A DNA stretch of 64,000 nucleotides from Opitutales bacterium (GTDB lineage Bacteria; Verrucomicrobiota; Verrucomicrobiia; Opitutales; UBA2987). Position numbers and translations under genes: made by a program. Below, piece after piece: positions 9,819-20,124 of this stretch. The DNA lies in NCBI GenBank assembly GCA_965226885.1, contig CBDDEL010000016.1, positions 288,001 through 352,000 on the forward strand, read 5' to 3'. Below the pieces are notes generated by a model, which saw nothing but the letters and a program-made list of their open reading frames with translations, was not told the DNA's origin and did not search any database. Every line of letters begins with the position of its first letter. Position 1 is the stretch's first letter.

Positions 9819-11385
9819 CCCGGATATTTCGTAAAAAAAGTATCGTTGATATGCTTAACTGCTGATATACAGCAGGATAGATCAATAATTAAAGCAATAT
9901 CAGCGATGACAAAAGGTAAACAATTAAAGCTACAGTTGACAAGGGTAAAAGGCCGCCGTGTGCGGGTTGATTTCAAGGGCGGAGAGGTTACTTCGGATGC
10001 CGGACTGCTTTTGATTCGGGAAGTGGATCGGCAGTTGGGCTTGACCGAACGAGCGGCCCGACAGTTAGTGGACAAACGGCAGAAGGGCAAAGTACGCCAT
10101 GAGGTATTGGGGATGCTGCGGCAGCGCGTTTACGGGCTGGTGGCGGGCTATGAGGATTTGAACGACTTTGATACCCTGCGCCACGATCCATTGTTGCAAA
10201 CGGTAACGGGGCGCATTGAAACGTTGGCCAGCGCGCCGACTTTGTGTCGTTTTGAAAACGGGCAGGATCGGCGGGCGGCCTTTGCGGTAAACGAGCTGTT
10301 GGTCGAACAGTTCATGGGCTCCTTTGCCGAGGAACCCGAAGAGATCATCCTGGACTTTGACGCCACCGACAATCCGGTGCACGGGCTCCAGGAGGGACGT
10401 TTTTTCCACGGTTATTATGATCATTACTGTTTTCTGCCGCTATATGTTTTTTGCGGTGATCAGCTGCTGGTGGCCTACCTGCGGCCGAGCAAGATCGATG
10501 CCAGCAAGCATGCCGGGGCCATCCTCAAATTGCTGGTTAAACGGATTCGCCAAAGCTGGCCCCGTAAGCGGATTATTTGGCGCGCCGACAGTGGATTTTG
10601 TCGAGACCGGATACTCTCTTGGTGCGACCGCAACGAAGTTAGTTACATCGTGGGGATGGCTCGCAATGCACGCTTGCAGCAAGACGCCCAGCAGTTGCAA
10701 AAGCAGGCCAAAGAATGGTTCGAACTAAGGGGTAAAAAACAACGGTTATTCCAGGACTTCGTCTATGCTGCCGATTCGTGGCGATGGCTGCGGTTGGTCA
10801 TCCATAAAGCCGAACACACCGCACAGGGGTCCAACCCGCGCTTCGTGGTGACGAACCTGCCGGGCGATCCCCAGGAGCTTTACGACAAGGTATACTGTGG
10901 CCGCGGTGAAATGGAGAACCGCATCAAGGAACAGATGCAATTGTTCAGCGAGCGCACCAGCGCCCATCAATGGTTGGCCAATCAGTGGCGATTGCTCTTG
11001 TCGGCGCTGGCCTACACCTTGATGGAAGCCATGCGCCGGTTAGCCTTAAAAGGGACGAAGTGGGCGCGGGCCCAATGGCACACCCTGCGGCTCAAATTAA
11101 TCAAGATCGGAGCGGTCATCGTGCGCAACACCCGAACGATTCACTTTCACCTAAGTGAGAGTTATCCTTGGGCCAGTCTTTTCAACCATGCGCCCCGCCG
11201 ATTGGTGCCAACCTAAAGGGTGCATTGGTGCTGCCCCCGGCACTACCGAACCAATGGGGGAAAGGGGGCAGTGTCTCTACACCCTGAAAAACACCTAAAA
11301 ATCAAGACGATCTGCTCAAAATACAAAGAAATCCATCTCCAATAGCAATAACGAGCCAAACTTTACCCTTCATGAATTATCCGGG
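9819..11385 (+). mobile_element. IS1380-family element copy 1 (intact, 1567 bp)
   Basis: CCCGGATA(T/A)TTC IRs, 4-bp TSD CTAA. Confidence 0.95.
9906..11216 (+). CDS. IS1380-family transposase
   Basis: F.GGEVTSDAGLLL, GYEDLND, LDFDATD, HG.QEG, RADSGF, RGEMENRIKE. Confidence 0.95.
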   Translation: MTKGKQLKLQLTRVKGRRVRVDFKGGEVTSDAGLLLIREVDRQLGLTERAARQLVDKRQKGKVRHEVLGMLRQRVYGLVAGYEDLNDFDTLRHDPLLQTVTGRIETLASAPTLCRFENGQDRRAAFAVNELLVEQFMGSFAEEPEEIILDFDATDNPVHGLQEGRFFHGYYDHYCFLPLYVFCGDQLLVAYLRPSKIDASKHAGAILKLLVKRIRQSWPRKRIIWRADSGFCRDRILSWCDRNEVSYIVGMARNARLQQDAQQLQKQAKEWFELRGKKQRLFQDFVYAADSWRWLRLVIHKAEHTAQGSNPRFVVTNLPGDPQELYDKVYCGRGEMENRIKEQMQLFSERTSAHQWLANQWRLLLSALAYTLMEAMRRLALKGTKWARAQWHTLRLKLIKIGAVIVRNTRTIHFHLSESYPWASLFNHAPRRLVPT

Positions 11386-11849
11386 CTAAATCGAATCCGA
11401 CTGCCTTGGCTTTGCCGAAATAAAGAAGAATTTCCGCAATCTTTCCAAATTCCGACCTTGGCCAGGGTTTCTCACCCGTATATTTGCGAAAGGCCTCCGC
11501 ATCCAGATCGACATAGATGAGCTTGACCGGGGCGTCGATTTCTCCCCGCACTCGGAATCGCCAGTCCATGGCCTTGTTCTCCAAAAAATTAAGAAACCCG
11601 AAATGCCATAGAACCAGCCATATCGCCGGGATCGGTAAAATGAGCAGCAATCGCTTTAAAATATCTGACCAACCCTTAAGCATCGTCTTTCACACAGGTT
11701 CGACCTGTCATGCAAAAAAAGAATTGTCGTCGGCAAAGAACAAAAAAGCAATCCCGGAACTCAAAGAAACCGCTTCGAACGACAAGCCGTTAGAAAATCC
11801 GGAAACTTGCCCTAACAGCTTTCGGAAAATGTTGGCCTACAAGTCCAGG

Positions 11850-12887
11850 CTAACCTGGGACCTGTGAGAAATTATCAAGTGCCCCCAAGTGTATTGGTGG
11901 GATTGATATCCTGCGGATTATCCGGCAGAGGGGGGGCGGTGTCGGCGGACCTGGACCACCTGGATCGCCTGGATCGCCTGGATCGCCTGGATCGCCTGGA
12001 TCGCCTGGATCACCCGGATCGGGATCAGGATCGGGATCAGGCTCCCCGTCGCCATCGTCTCCATCGTCTCCGTCGTCGCCATCGTCGTCGCCATCGTCGT
12101 CGTCACCATCGTCGTCTCCTTCGTCGCCACCCTCCTGCACATCTTCTAAGGCGTCATTGGCTTCCTTGACGAGTTCGGCGACTTCAGCGGCAATTTCCGG
12201 GATCAGGGTTTCCACTCCGGATACTTCGATTCCGATCAGTGCTCCATCATCGTCGAGTGTAACAGTGATGGAGATTTGAGAGTCATCTCCAATGGATGGA
12301 GGGATCTGGGTGATATCGGCTCCTGTCGGGGTGAATACGGCTGACCCCTGGAGGACAGCGATAATGGCATCGAATTTACCGGGGGCGATCTCCTGCAATT
12401 GCACATACCAGTCGGTGCCGCGGATTCCGGCTATGCCGACCGGGGTTTCGACTTCATAGGTGGAGCGTGCCTGCAGCCTCTTGGTGCTTCCGATAATTTT
12501 GCCGTAATCGAGTTTAAGGCGAGTTGTGGATACGCTGGGCTCTCGCCGCAGTTGGCTAATCAGGCCCGTTTCGGTGTGGGGTTCCTGCGTAAACTGGGCT
12601 ACCTGCAGCTTGCTGTTTTCCGCGACCGTAACGCTGGAACCGCTGGTAAAAAGCAATATAACGCTGGAGTCGGCGCCCGTTTCAACGGTGTAGTTTTGCG
12701 TTATTTGGGTCCCGTTGACTCCCGGGGCGGATTCGCCGGTGGCGTCATTGGTAACCGTCACGCTTCCCTCCACATTGGCAAGGACGATTAGGTTGATGGT
12801 CTGCGAGAAGACTTGGGCAGGCAGGGCCAATAACAAGGTGATAAAAAATATCGCCGTCGGCATCGGCAGAGAACGAATTGAGGGCAT
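11850..12887 (-). CDS. FecR-domain exported protein with acidic and Pro-rich tail
   Basis: Signal-like N-terminus, VETGADSSVIL.F..GS and YEVETPVGIAGIRGT FecR motifs. The tail has DDG/DP/GDP repeats. The extreme C-terminus may be frameshifted in a C-run. Confidence 0.82.
   Translation of the reverse strand: MPSIRSLPMPTAIFFITLLLALPAQVFSQTINLIVLANVEGSVTVTNDATGESAPGVNGTQITQNYTVETGADSSVILLFTSGSSVTVAENSKLQVAQFTQEPHTETGLISQLRREPSVSTTRLKLDYGKIIGSTKRLQARSTYEVETPVGIAGIRGTDWYVQLQEIAPGKFDAIIAVLQGSAVFTPTGADITQIPPSIGDDSQISITVTLDDDGALIGIEVSGVETLIPEIAAEVAELVKEANDALEDVQEGGDEGDDDGDDDDGDDDGDDGDDGDDGDGEPDPDPDPDPGDPGDPGDPGDPGDPGDPGGPGPPTPPPLCRIIRRISIPPIHLGALDNFSQVPG
11959..12125. repeat. coding microsatellites (CTGGATCGC)n, (GGATCR)n, (CCATCGTCG)-like
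   Basis: About six 9-bp units encoding GDP, 6-bp units encoding DP, and degenerate DDG units. Confidence 0.85.
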
Positions 12888-12907
12888 CTAAAATACTTTG
12901 GTTAAAT

Positions 12908-15678
12908 TTATCGGGCCAATAATTTCTTTTCTAAGGCTATCGCATTTTGGTAGTGTATTAAGTAGGAATGGTGGCTAATTCTTGATTATATTGATGAATG
13001 AAAAGTCTCAGACAGGTTTCATGCATACTCTTAAGCTTGGAAAAGGAGAGGGTTTTGCGTGTGAAACGACCCAGTCGTTGGCGCAGGGTATTGTTCCATC
13101 GTTCCACATGGGCCGTTTCACCGGTTTCTTTTCCCACGGATCGGTTATGAGGAAAGACTTCATCATAAGTGCTCCAAAAGTCGCTGTAGGTGGCACATCT
13201 TTTGTAGGCCCGTGGCAGACGCTCGTAAAGTTCCCGGCAACGATACCACTCCCGAGGCCCAATGGCATAGGAGAGGATTTGACGGGTGCGTCGGCAAAGA
13301 GCGATCCAAACCCATTGGGCATCGCTCTTGCGCCCCACAAAAGACCACAGTTCGTCCAGTTCAATGACATCATGGCGGCGGGCCGCAAGAATCGTGCTTT
13401 TGAGCGGTCGCAGCGATTGTCGTTTTTTTTAACCAACTCAAAACGGTGTTGGGACTCACCCCGAAGGCGCGCTGTAAACCGCGTAGACTGCTGCGTTCCT
13501 GATAGACTCGAAGGATCATTTCTTTTTGCTCTTCGGTGTATTTCACTGTGGGGTTTTCGCGGCTTTGTTTACCACAATCATGGCAGCGGTAGCGCTGTTT
13601 ATGGTTGGGCGTCTTGCCAAATTTAATGATATTCTCACTTCCACAGTGCCGACAATTAATAATTTTAGTAACCATGCACTAAGAATAAACTGCCTAACGC
13701 TATTTGTACAGCTAAAAATACAAAATAACATTCTTTTTTTATACACTACCCGCATTTTTACTGCCAGGGTCAAGCTTTAATGATTGCTCCACCGCCGCCA
13801 GCGCTTCCCCCGTCCTGGCGGGATGGCGGCTCAGGAAATCGGCGTAATAATTCCAGGCGGCAACTTTGGTGGGCGCCAGCTCAATGGCCTGCAAAAAGTT
13901 TTTCTCGATTTCCGGGGTGCCCCCCCCTGCCCCGGCCAGTTGCTGGGCCATGCCAAGATAAGCGTAGGGCGCCCATTGCTGGTCGCTTATGGAGATGGCA
14001 TTTTCAGCGCAGAAGCGGGCTTTGTCAGCGATTTGCTGGATATTATCGGGGTCCAGGTAGTAGGTTTGCAAGACGACAAGGGCCAGGTCGCTCCAGGCCC
14101 AGCCATGCTCAGGATCCCAACGGATGGCCTCTTCGTATTTTTGAATCATTTTCTCAACATAATCGCGGTCGTCGCGATAGAGGGAAATATCCTCCAGGTA
14201 TTTTTCGCGCATGTCTTCGGCCTCAAGGTAGCGCCAGGAGGCCATAAAGGTGGTCGTTCCACGCGCAGCGAGCAAGCCTCCGCAAATAAGGCAAAGGCCG
14301 ATGTAGGATGCCAGGACGGGCTTGCCGCGAAGGCGAATCCCTTTCCATTTTTTATCGGTCGAGGAAACAACGATCAACCCCAGGTAGAGGGCAACCGTAA
14401 AAAGAAGAGCGGGTATCTCGAAGTGGAAATCCACAAACAAATGCAGGCCGAACCCGATAAAGGCAATCAACAGCCCCCCAGCATAACTTTGGAAAACGGC
14501 GTTATGCGCCTCTTCTGGCACGCCGTTTTGATCACCACCTTGAAAGGTTTTTTCCTCCACTGGGACCATCCTTTCCATAGGATCCGGAAACCGGGAATGT
14601 AGAATAATAAAAATCCCAGGATACCCAGATCGCTCAGGGTGTTGAGGTAGTCGTTGTGGGCATAAAGTGGAGAAATTTGGGCCTCCGGGATCCGGTATCG
14701 TTCAAATAAAAGCGGGTAACTGGCTGTTCCGCTGCCGAAAATGGGATGATCTTTGAAAATATCCCAACCCGCCTGCCACATCCATTTGCGGGTGGGTTCG
14801 CCCCGGCTCTCGATAAGTTGGTCCACCCGCAATTGCACCAGGTCCACCGTAAGGTAGAGGACCGTGGCCAATACCGCCGTTCCTATGCCCATGGCAGCCC
14901 AGCCGGCCAGCCGGTAACGCCAATTGCTGGTCAAAAAATAGGGGAAGCTGAGGAAGGCTGCGACTATGCCGATCCAGCCCCCACGGCTGCCCGAAGCAAC
15001 CAGTCCGGCCCCGAAGAGCAACCCGGCAAAACCGCACAGGATACGGGCAGCCAGGGAGAAACGGTTGGCGGCGGCGGCAAAAAGCAGAAAAGTGGAGAGC
15101 AATCCCATAAAAGCCCCGAAATGAGTGGGAGCCCCGAATGAACCGGATGCTCGGCCAATATATGAATATTGAAATCGGCCCATGGGCAGCCATTGGGGGT
15201 TTTCGACATGCTGGTAGCAGGCGACCAAAAAGGTCATCAAGCCGCTCAGAGAAATCAAGGTGATGAGCAGGAGGACCTGTTTTCGATTACGCAGGTGGTG
15301 GATCGCCACCCAGAAAATCACCCAGCCCTGACATAGCACGAGTAACTCCTGCCAGGCCCTCCAGGGCATGGGAGACAGGTAAACGGTTCGCAGCGCGGCA
15401 TAGCCGAGGAATGGCAAAAAAAGGAGCCCCTGCCCATGGATGCGGCGTGAGCCCGGCGGCCGCAGTAACATGAAAGCCCCATGCACGACCAACAAAACAC
15501 CCAGCATCCAGCTCTGCTCCAATTCCGCCTTGGGGTGATGCCCCCCGAGGTGATAAACCGCATAAGCAACGATCAACCCGAGCAGACAGGTGATGAACCA
15601 GTCTCCCCAATCGCTGATCGATAGATTCCCGGATTGGTCAATTCTGTCCAATCGGGACTGCCTTTTTTTCATTGGCAT
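12908..15678 (-). pseudogene. O-antigen ligase (Wzy_C) family membrane protein with C-terminal TPRs; frameshifted and clipped by IS1
   Basis: RASGSFG.P.HF, SGSRGGW, PIFGSG, YAHNDYL, H..VDF motifs and TPR-like tail. One G appears missing in a G-run at 14474-14479. The native end (KNA|IALEKKLLAR*) lies beyond IS1. Confidence 0.8.
12949..13750 (-). mobile_element. IS1-family element copy 1 (802 bp)
   Basis: GGTAGTGTAT IRs, 8-bp TSD CGCATTTT. insA 13370-13675 (CxxC...CxxC zinc ribbon) and insB ([22 protein letters not shown]) ending at 12958. Confidence 0.95.
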
Positions 15679-15861
15679 TGATTGTGCTTTTGGTAAAGGC
15701 TTACTACATTCAATAACAAAACAACGGAGGAATAATGGTGCAATTACCATTAGCCGCCATTTTAATAGTCCATATCAAGCAAAATAGAGGCAGGTGCATT
15801 ATTTCATAAATGCCCTCCTCGCACAATCTGATCCACACCCTAAAAAGGAAAGCAAGTAAGT

Positions 15862-17271
15862 ATGACCCCAAAAGAAGTAATCGCCTTGAGTAAAGAAAAG
15901 GAGGTCAAAATGGTTGATCTCAAATTTTGCGACATTCACGGAGCGTGGCAGCATTTCACGGTACCGGTCAGTGAATTAACCGAAGACATCTTTGCCGAGG
16001 GGCTTGGTTTTGACGGCTCCTCCATTCGCGGCTGGAAGGGCATCGAAGCCTCCGACATGCTCGTCCTGCCCGATGCCACCACCGCTTTTATCGATCCATT
16101 TGTGGAAGCCACCACCCTGAGCCTGATTTGCGATATCGAAGAACCCATCACACGCGAGCCCTACAATCGCTCGCCCCGCGGGATTGCCAGAAAAGCAGGC
16201 GACTACCTGCGCTCGACCGGCATGGCAGACACCGCCTATTTCGGCCCCGAAGCGGAGTTCTTCATCTTCGACGATGTGCGTTATGGCACCGAATCCAATG
16301 AATCCTTTTACTCGGTCGATTCGGTCGAGGGCATCTGGAATACGGGGCGGGACGAATCCCCCAACCAGGCTTATAAAATACGCCTCAAGGAAGGCTATTT
16401 GCCCGTTCCCCCAGGCGATCAAAGCATGGACCTGCGCAACGAGATGGTCCTGACCATGATCGACCTGGGCATTGATGTGGAGGCCCAGCACCACGAAGTG
16501 GCCACCGGCGGCCAGGCCGAAATCGACCTGCGGTTCAAAACTTTGCTGACCATGGCCGACCACCTCTCCCTCTATAAGTATGTGGTCAAAAATGTGGCCT
16601 TCAGAAACGGCAAGACGGCTACCTTCATGCCCAAACCGATATTTGGCGACAACGGCTCCGGCATGCATATCCATTCCTCCCTTTGGAGAGACGGCCAGCC
16701 CTTGTTTGCCGGCGATGGCTACGCCGGTTTAAGCCAGGAAGCCATTTGGTACATCGGCGGCCTGCTCAAACACGCACCCGCCCTGTGCGCTATTTGCAAT
16801 CCCACCGTAAACAGTTACAAACGCCTCGTGCCCGGCTTCGAGGCTCCGGTCATCCTGGCCTACTCGGCCCGCAACCGATCGGCCATTTGCCGCATCCCGA
16901 CCTACAGCCCCAGCCCCAAGGCCAAGCGGATCGAATTTCGCTGCCCGGACCCCTCCAGTAATCCTTACCTGGCTTTTCCAGCTCTCCTCATGGCCGGTCT
17001 GGACGGCATCGAAAACAAGATCGATCCGGGTGAGGCGATGGACAAGAATCTTTACGACCTGCCCCCGGAGGAGGCGACCAACCTGCAATACGTTCCCGAT
17101 TCCCTGAGCGGCTCCCTTGAAGCGTTGGCAGCGGATCGCGACTTTCTGCAAAAGGGCGATGTTTTTACCGAGGATTTTATCGATAATTACATCGAGCTTA
17201 AGATGGCGGAATACGACGAAGTGCGGCTACGCACCCACCCCTACGAATACTTTCTCTATTATGACGTTTGA
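15862..17271 (+). CDS. glnA: glutamine synthetase type I (beta)
   Basis: [47 protein letters not shown] and the adenylylation motif [12 protein letters not shown]. Confidence 0.98.
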   Translation: MTPKEVIALSKEKEVKMVDLKFCDIHGAWQHFTVPVSELTEDIFAEGLGFDGSSIRGWKGIEASDMLVLPDATTAFIDPFVEATTLSLICDIEEPITREPYNRSPRGIARKAGDYLRSTGMADTAYFGPEAEFFIFDDVRYGTESNESFYSVDSVEGIWNTGRDESPNQAYKIRLKEGYLPVPPGDQSMDLRNEMVLTMIDLGIDVEAQHHEVATGGQAEIDLRFKTLLTMADHLSLYKYVVKNVAFRNGKTATFMPKPIFGDNGSGMHIHSSLWRDGQPLFAGDGYAGLSQEAIWYIGGLLKHAPALCAICNPTVNSYKRLVPGFEAPVILAYSARNRSAICRIPTYSPSPKAKRIEFRCPDPSSNPYLAFPALLMAGLDGIENKIDPGEAMDKNLYDLPPEEATNLQYVPDSLSGSLEALAADRDFLQKGDVFTEDFIDNYIELKMAEYDEVRLRTHPYEYFLYYDV

Positions 17272-17297
17272 GAAACCGTCGCATAGACGCTAGGACT

Positions 17298-17337
17298 AAA
17301 ACGGTGGTGTTTCCATGGAAGCGCCGCCGTTTTTTTT
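17298..17337 (+). terminator. Rho-independent terminator after glnA (possibly bidirectional)
   Basis: AAAACGGTGGTGTTTCC-AT-GGAAGCGCCGCCGTTTTTTTT hairpin with U-tract, between convergent genes. Confidence 0.8.
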
Positions 17338-17399
17338 GACCATCCCGAATTCGCTGATGGCGATATTTGGAGAGTAAACTCCGGCCTGGTGCCCAACTC

Positions 17400-18707
17400 T
17401 TAACCGAGGATGGTTCCGGCCACGGTAGCGTTGATAAGGGTGGCAATGGTGGCCCCGGCGAGCGCATAGAGCACATACCGGGCGCAGTTTTCGCGTTGGC
17501 CGGGGGCCAGTGTGGAAATGCCCCCGATAATAATTCCACAAGATGTAAAGTGAGCGAAGCCGCACAAAGCGAAGGTGGAAATGAAAATGGCTTTGGGATT
17601 AGTCAGAACGCCGTTGGCAATCATATCGCCCAATGCCAGGTAGGCCACGAACTCTGTCACGGCCAGCCTTTCCCCGAGGAGTCTTCCCACCAGCAAGGCA
17701 TTTTCGAGGTCCACCCCGGCCAGCCAGGCCACGGGGAAAAATATGAGGGCAAAAACAAATTGCAGGGTCAGCCCCTCGAAATTGCCGTCGGTTTTCGAGA
17801 CGATCAATTCGTTCAAACCGGTCCAGCCGCCGAGCAGGTTGAGCATGAGGTAATTGACCATGTGAATGAGGGAGATGAAGACGATGAGCAGCGCCGTAAC
17901 GGTTACGGCCAGCTTGACGCCTTGGGTAACTCCGTTGGTCAAGGCGTCGAAAAAATTCACCCCGATCGACTCGCGGGAGACCTTTAAATCGCGGTTGATC
18001 TCCTCCCTTTCCGGGTAAATTATTTTGGAAACGACGATGGCGATGGGAGCCGCCATAATGGAAGCCGTGATGAGGAATTTGCCCGCCTGAACGGTTTTTT
18101 CGTGGTCCCCGCCGCCCACGATGGTCATATAGATCCCCAGGATGGTCCCGGACATGGTAGCCATGCCGACGGTCATCAAACAAACGATTTCCGAACGGGT
18201 CATACGCTCCAGATAAGGCCGCACGACCAGGGGCGCTTCCGTATAACCGATGAACACATTGGCCGCCGCGGAAAGGGTTTCAGCGCCGGAGAGCTTCATC
18301 GTGCGGTGCATGACCCAGGCAAAAACGTATACGATTTTTTGCAGAATACCGAGGTAGTAGAGGATCGAACTGAGGGTGGCGAAAAAGATGATGGACGGCA
18401 TGACGCGAAACCCAAGGGTCGCCTCATGTATGTTTTCCGGATCGTTGGCCAGCTCGCCGAAAAGGAAACTGGAACCGACCAGGGAAAAATCCAGCACCAG
18501 TTTGAATAAGATCGCCACCCCTCCCACGCAGGTCTCCACCAACGGGATTTTGAGCATGACAAATGCGAGGACCAACTGAATCAAAATGCCGGAACCGACC
18601 AAACGCCAGTTGATGCTGCGGCGGTCCACACTCAGCCCGTAGCAGATCAGGAAAAAAACAAAAACGCCGAGCAACCCGTGAAGAACATTTACTACAATTT
18701 CTTCCAC
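17400..18707 (-). CDS. CNT/NupC-family nucleoside transporter
   Basis: INWRLV, IIFF.....ILYYLGILQ, SGAE, FIG.TEAPL..RPYL, ALCGFA. Confidence 0.93.
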   Translation of the reverse strand: MEEIVVNVLHGLLGVFVFFLICYGLSVDRRSINWRLVGSGILIQLVLAFVMLKIPLVETCVGGVAILFKLVLDFSLVGSSFLFGELANDPENIHEATLGFRVMPSIIFFATLSSILYYLGILQKIVYVFAWVMHRTMKLSGAETLSAAANVFIGYTEAPLVVRPYLERMTRSEIVCLMTVGMATMSGTILGIYMTIVGGGDHEKTVQAGKFLITASIMAAPIAIVVSKIIYPEREEINRDLKVSRESIGVNFFDALTNGVTQGVKLAVTVTALLIVFISLIHMVNYLMLNLLGGWTGLNELIVSKTDGNFEGLTLQFVFALIFFPVAWLAGVDLENALLVGRLLGERLAVTEFVAYLALGDMIANGVLTNPKAIFISTFALCGFAHFTSCGIIIGGISTLAPGQRENCARYVLYALAGATIATLINATVAGTILG

Positions 18708-18748
18708 GGTTCTTGCGGTTGGATGGTGCCTGCGTGAAATTTATGGCT

Positions 18749-20047
18749 TCAGGAAATGGCGCCTGCGATGGAGGCGGTCATAAGAGTGGCGCAGGTTCCC
18801 CCCACCACGGCGCGAAAGGCCAATTTCGCCAGATTTGATCTTTGGCCCGGAGCGAGTACGGAAATACCGCCGATCTGAATGCCCATGCTGGTAAAACTGG
18901 CAAAACCGCAAAGGGCATAAGTCGAAATGAGGATGGCTTTGGCATCGACCAGGTGCCCCGCTACGATAAAATTCCTCATCGACAGGTAGGCCACGAACTC
19001 ATTGAGCGCCAGCTTTTCCCCAAATAGCTGCCCCACAACCATCAAACTGCCCGGTTCCACTCCGACCAGAAAAGCGACCGGAGCAAAAAGTATCCCGAAA
19101 ACGAATTTCAGCGTCAACCCATCGAAAACGCCATCTGTGCTGTTTGAAATGAGAGCGTTTAACCCTGTCCAGGAGCCGATCCACTCCTTGGTCATGAAAT
19201 CCAGCATGGCCATGAGGGCGAGAAAAACGAGAACGATAGCCCCCACATTGACGGCCAGCCGCACACCCTGGGTGGTGCCGCTCGTTACCGCGTCGAAAAC
19301 ATTGATGCCGATGGACTCCTTGGCCACCTTCAAGTCGGTATCGATCTTCTCTCGCTCCGGGTAAAGCATTTTGGCGCAAATAATGGCGCCGGGGGCAGCC
19401 ATGATGGAGGCGCTGATGAGGTGCTTGCCGACCTCGATTTTTTTGGCCACATCGTCTCCCCCCAGAATTTCCATATAGGCGACCAGCACCGCGCCCGCTA
19501 TGGTAGCAAAACCGCCCGTCATCAGGCAGACGAGTTCCGAACGGGTCATGCGCTCCAGATAAGGCCGGATAACGAGCGGGGCCTCCGTTTGCCCGATGAA
19601 CACGTTGGCCGCGCAAGCCAGGCTTTCGGCCCCGGAAAGCCTCATGGTCTTATGCATGATCCAGGCAAATACGTAAACGATCCGCTGCAAGAGGCCCAAA
19701 TAATAGAGCAATGAACTCAAGGCGGAGAAAAAAACGATGGAAGGCAGCACCCGGAATGCGAATTGAGCCCCGTAAGAACTATCGGTCGGCAATTTCCCGA
19801 AAATGAATTCGGAACCTACCACCGAAAATCCCAATAAACTGACAAAAAATCTCGATACACCATCAATTACAGTGCTGACCCCGGGAACTTTGATGACGAG
19901 CACGGCAATGGCCAATTGCAGTAAAAATCCTCCGCGTACCAATCGCCAGTTGATATTCTTGCGGTCCTTGCTGAAATAATAAAGGAACGCATATATTCCG
20001 ACCAAACCGATTACACCGCGAAGTAAATTATACGCAATTTCACCCAT
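18749..20047 (-). CDS. CNT/NupC-family nucleoside transporter (paralog)
   Basis: GQTEAPL, GFATIAG, KLALNEFVAY, ALCGFA, GIQIGG. Confidence 0.93.
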   Translation of the reverse strand: MGEIAYNLLRGVIGLVGIYAFLYYFSKDRKNINWRLVRGGFLLQLAIAVLVIKVPGVSTVIDGVSRFFVSLLGFSVVGSEFIFGKLPTDSSYGAQFAFRVLPSIVFFSALSSLLYYLGLLQRIVYVFAWIMHKTMRLSGAESLACAANVFIGQTEAPLVIRPYLERMTRSELVCLMTGGFATIAGAVLVAYMEILGGDDVAKKIEVGKHLISASIMAAPGAIICAKMLYPEREKIDTDLKVAKESIGINVFDAVTSGTTQGVRLAVNVGAIVLVFLALMAMLDFMTKEWIGSWTGLNALISNSTDGVFDGLTLKFVFGILFAPVAFLVGVEPGSLMVVGQLFGEKLALNEFVAYLSMRNFIVAGHLVDAKAILISTYALCGFASFTSMGIQIGGISVLAPGQRSNLAKLAFRAVVGGTCATLMTASIAGAIS

Positions 20048-20124
20048 ACAGGCAGAGGTTGCACAAAGTTCAAACGATGCACAACCAAAACTTTTTGCCC
20101 TTCCGGTCCTACCTCACGGTCTTC

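Larger units (their letters stand above)
6524..11683 (-). pseudogene. CHASE2-domain adenylate/guanylate cyclase, disrupted
   Basis: Removing IS1380 (TSD CTAA) rejoins GFDL|VMSKF and removing IS3 (TSD ATAT) rejoins RFVD|IEQMG. Class III cyclase motifs FSDVQSFS, DKYIGDAI, GNMGS, YTMMGDTVNLAARCE. A 10-bp duplication at 7132-7151 adds a frameshift. Confidence 0.92.

Noticed and set aside
14474..14479. Phase-variable poly-G switch in the ligase-TPR gene
   Set aside because: The run is only 6-7 nt, and similar single-base homopolymer shifts elsewhere suggest sequencing error or decay.
15725..15815. NtrC/sigma-54 control sites upstream of glnA
   Set aside because: Only half-site-like TGGTGCA/GGTGCA matches, and no convincing -24/-12 pair.
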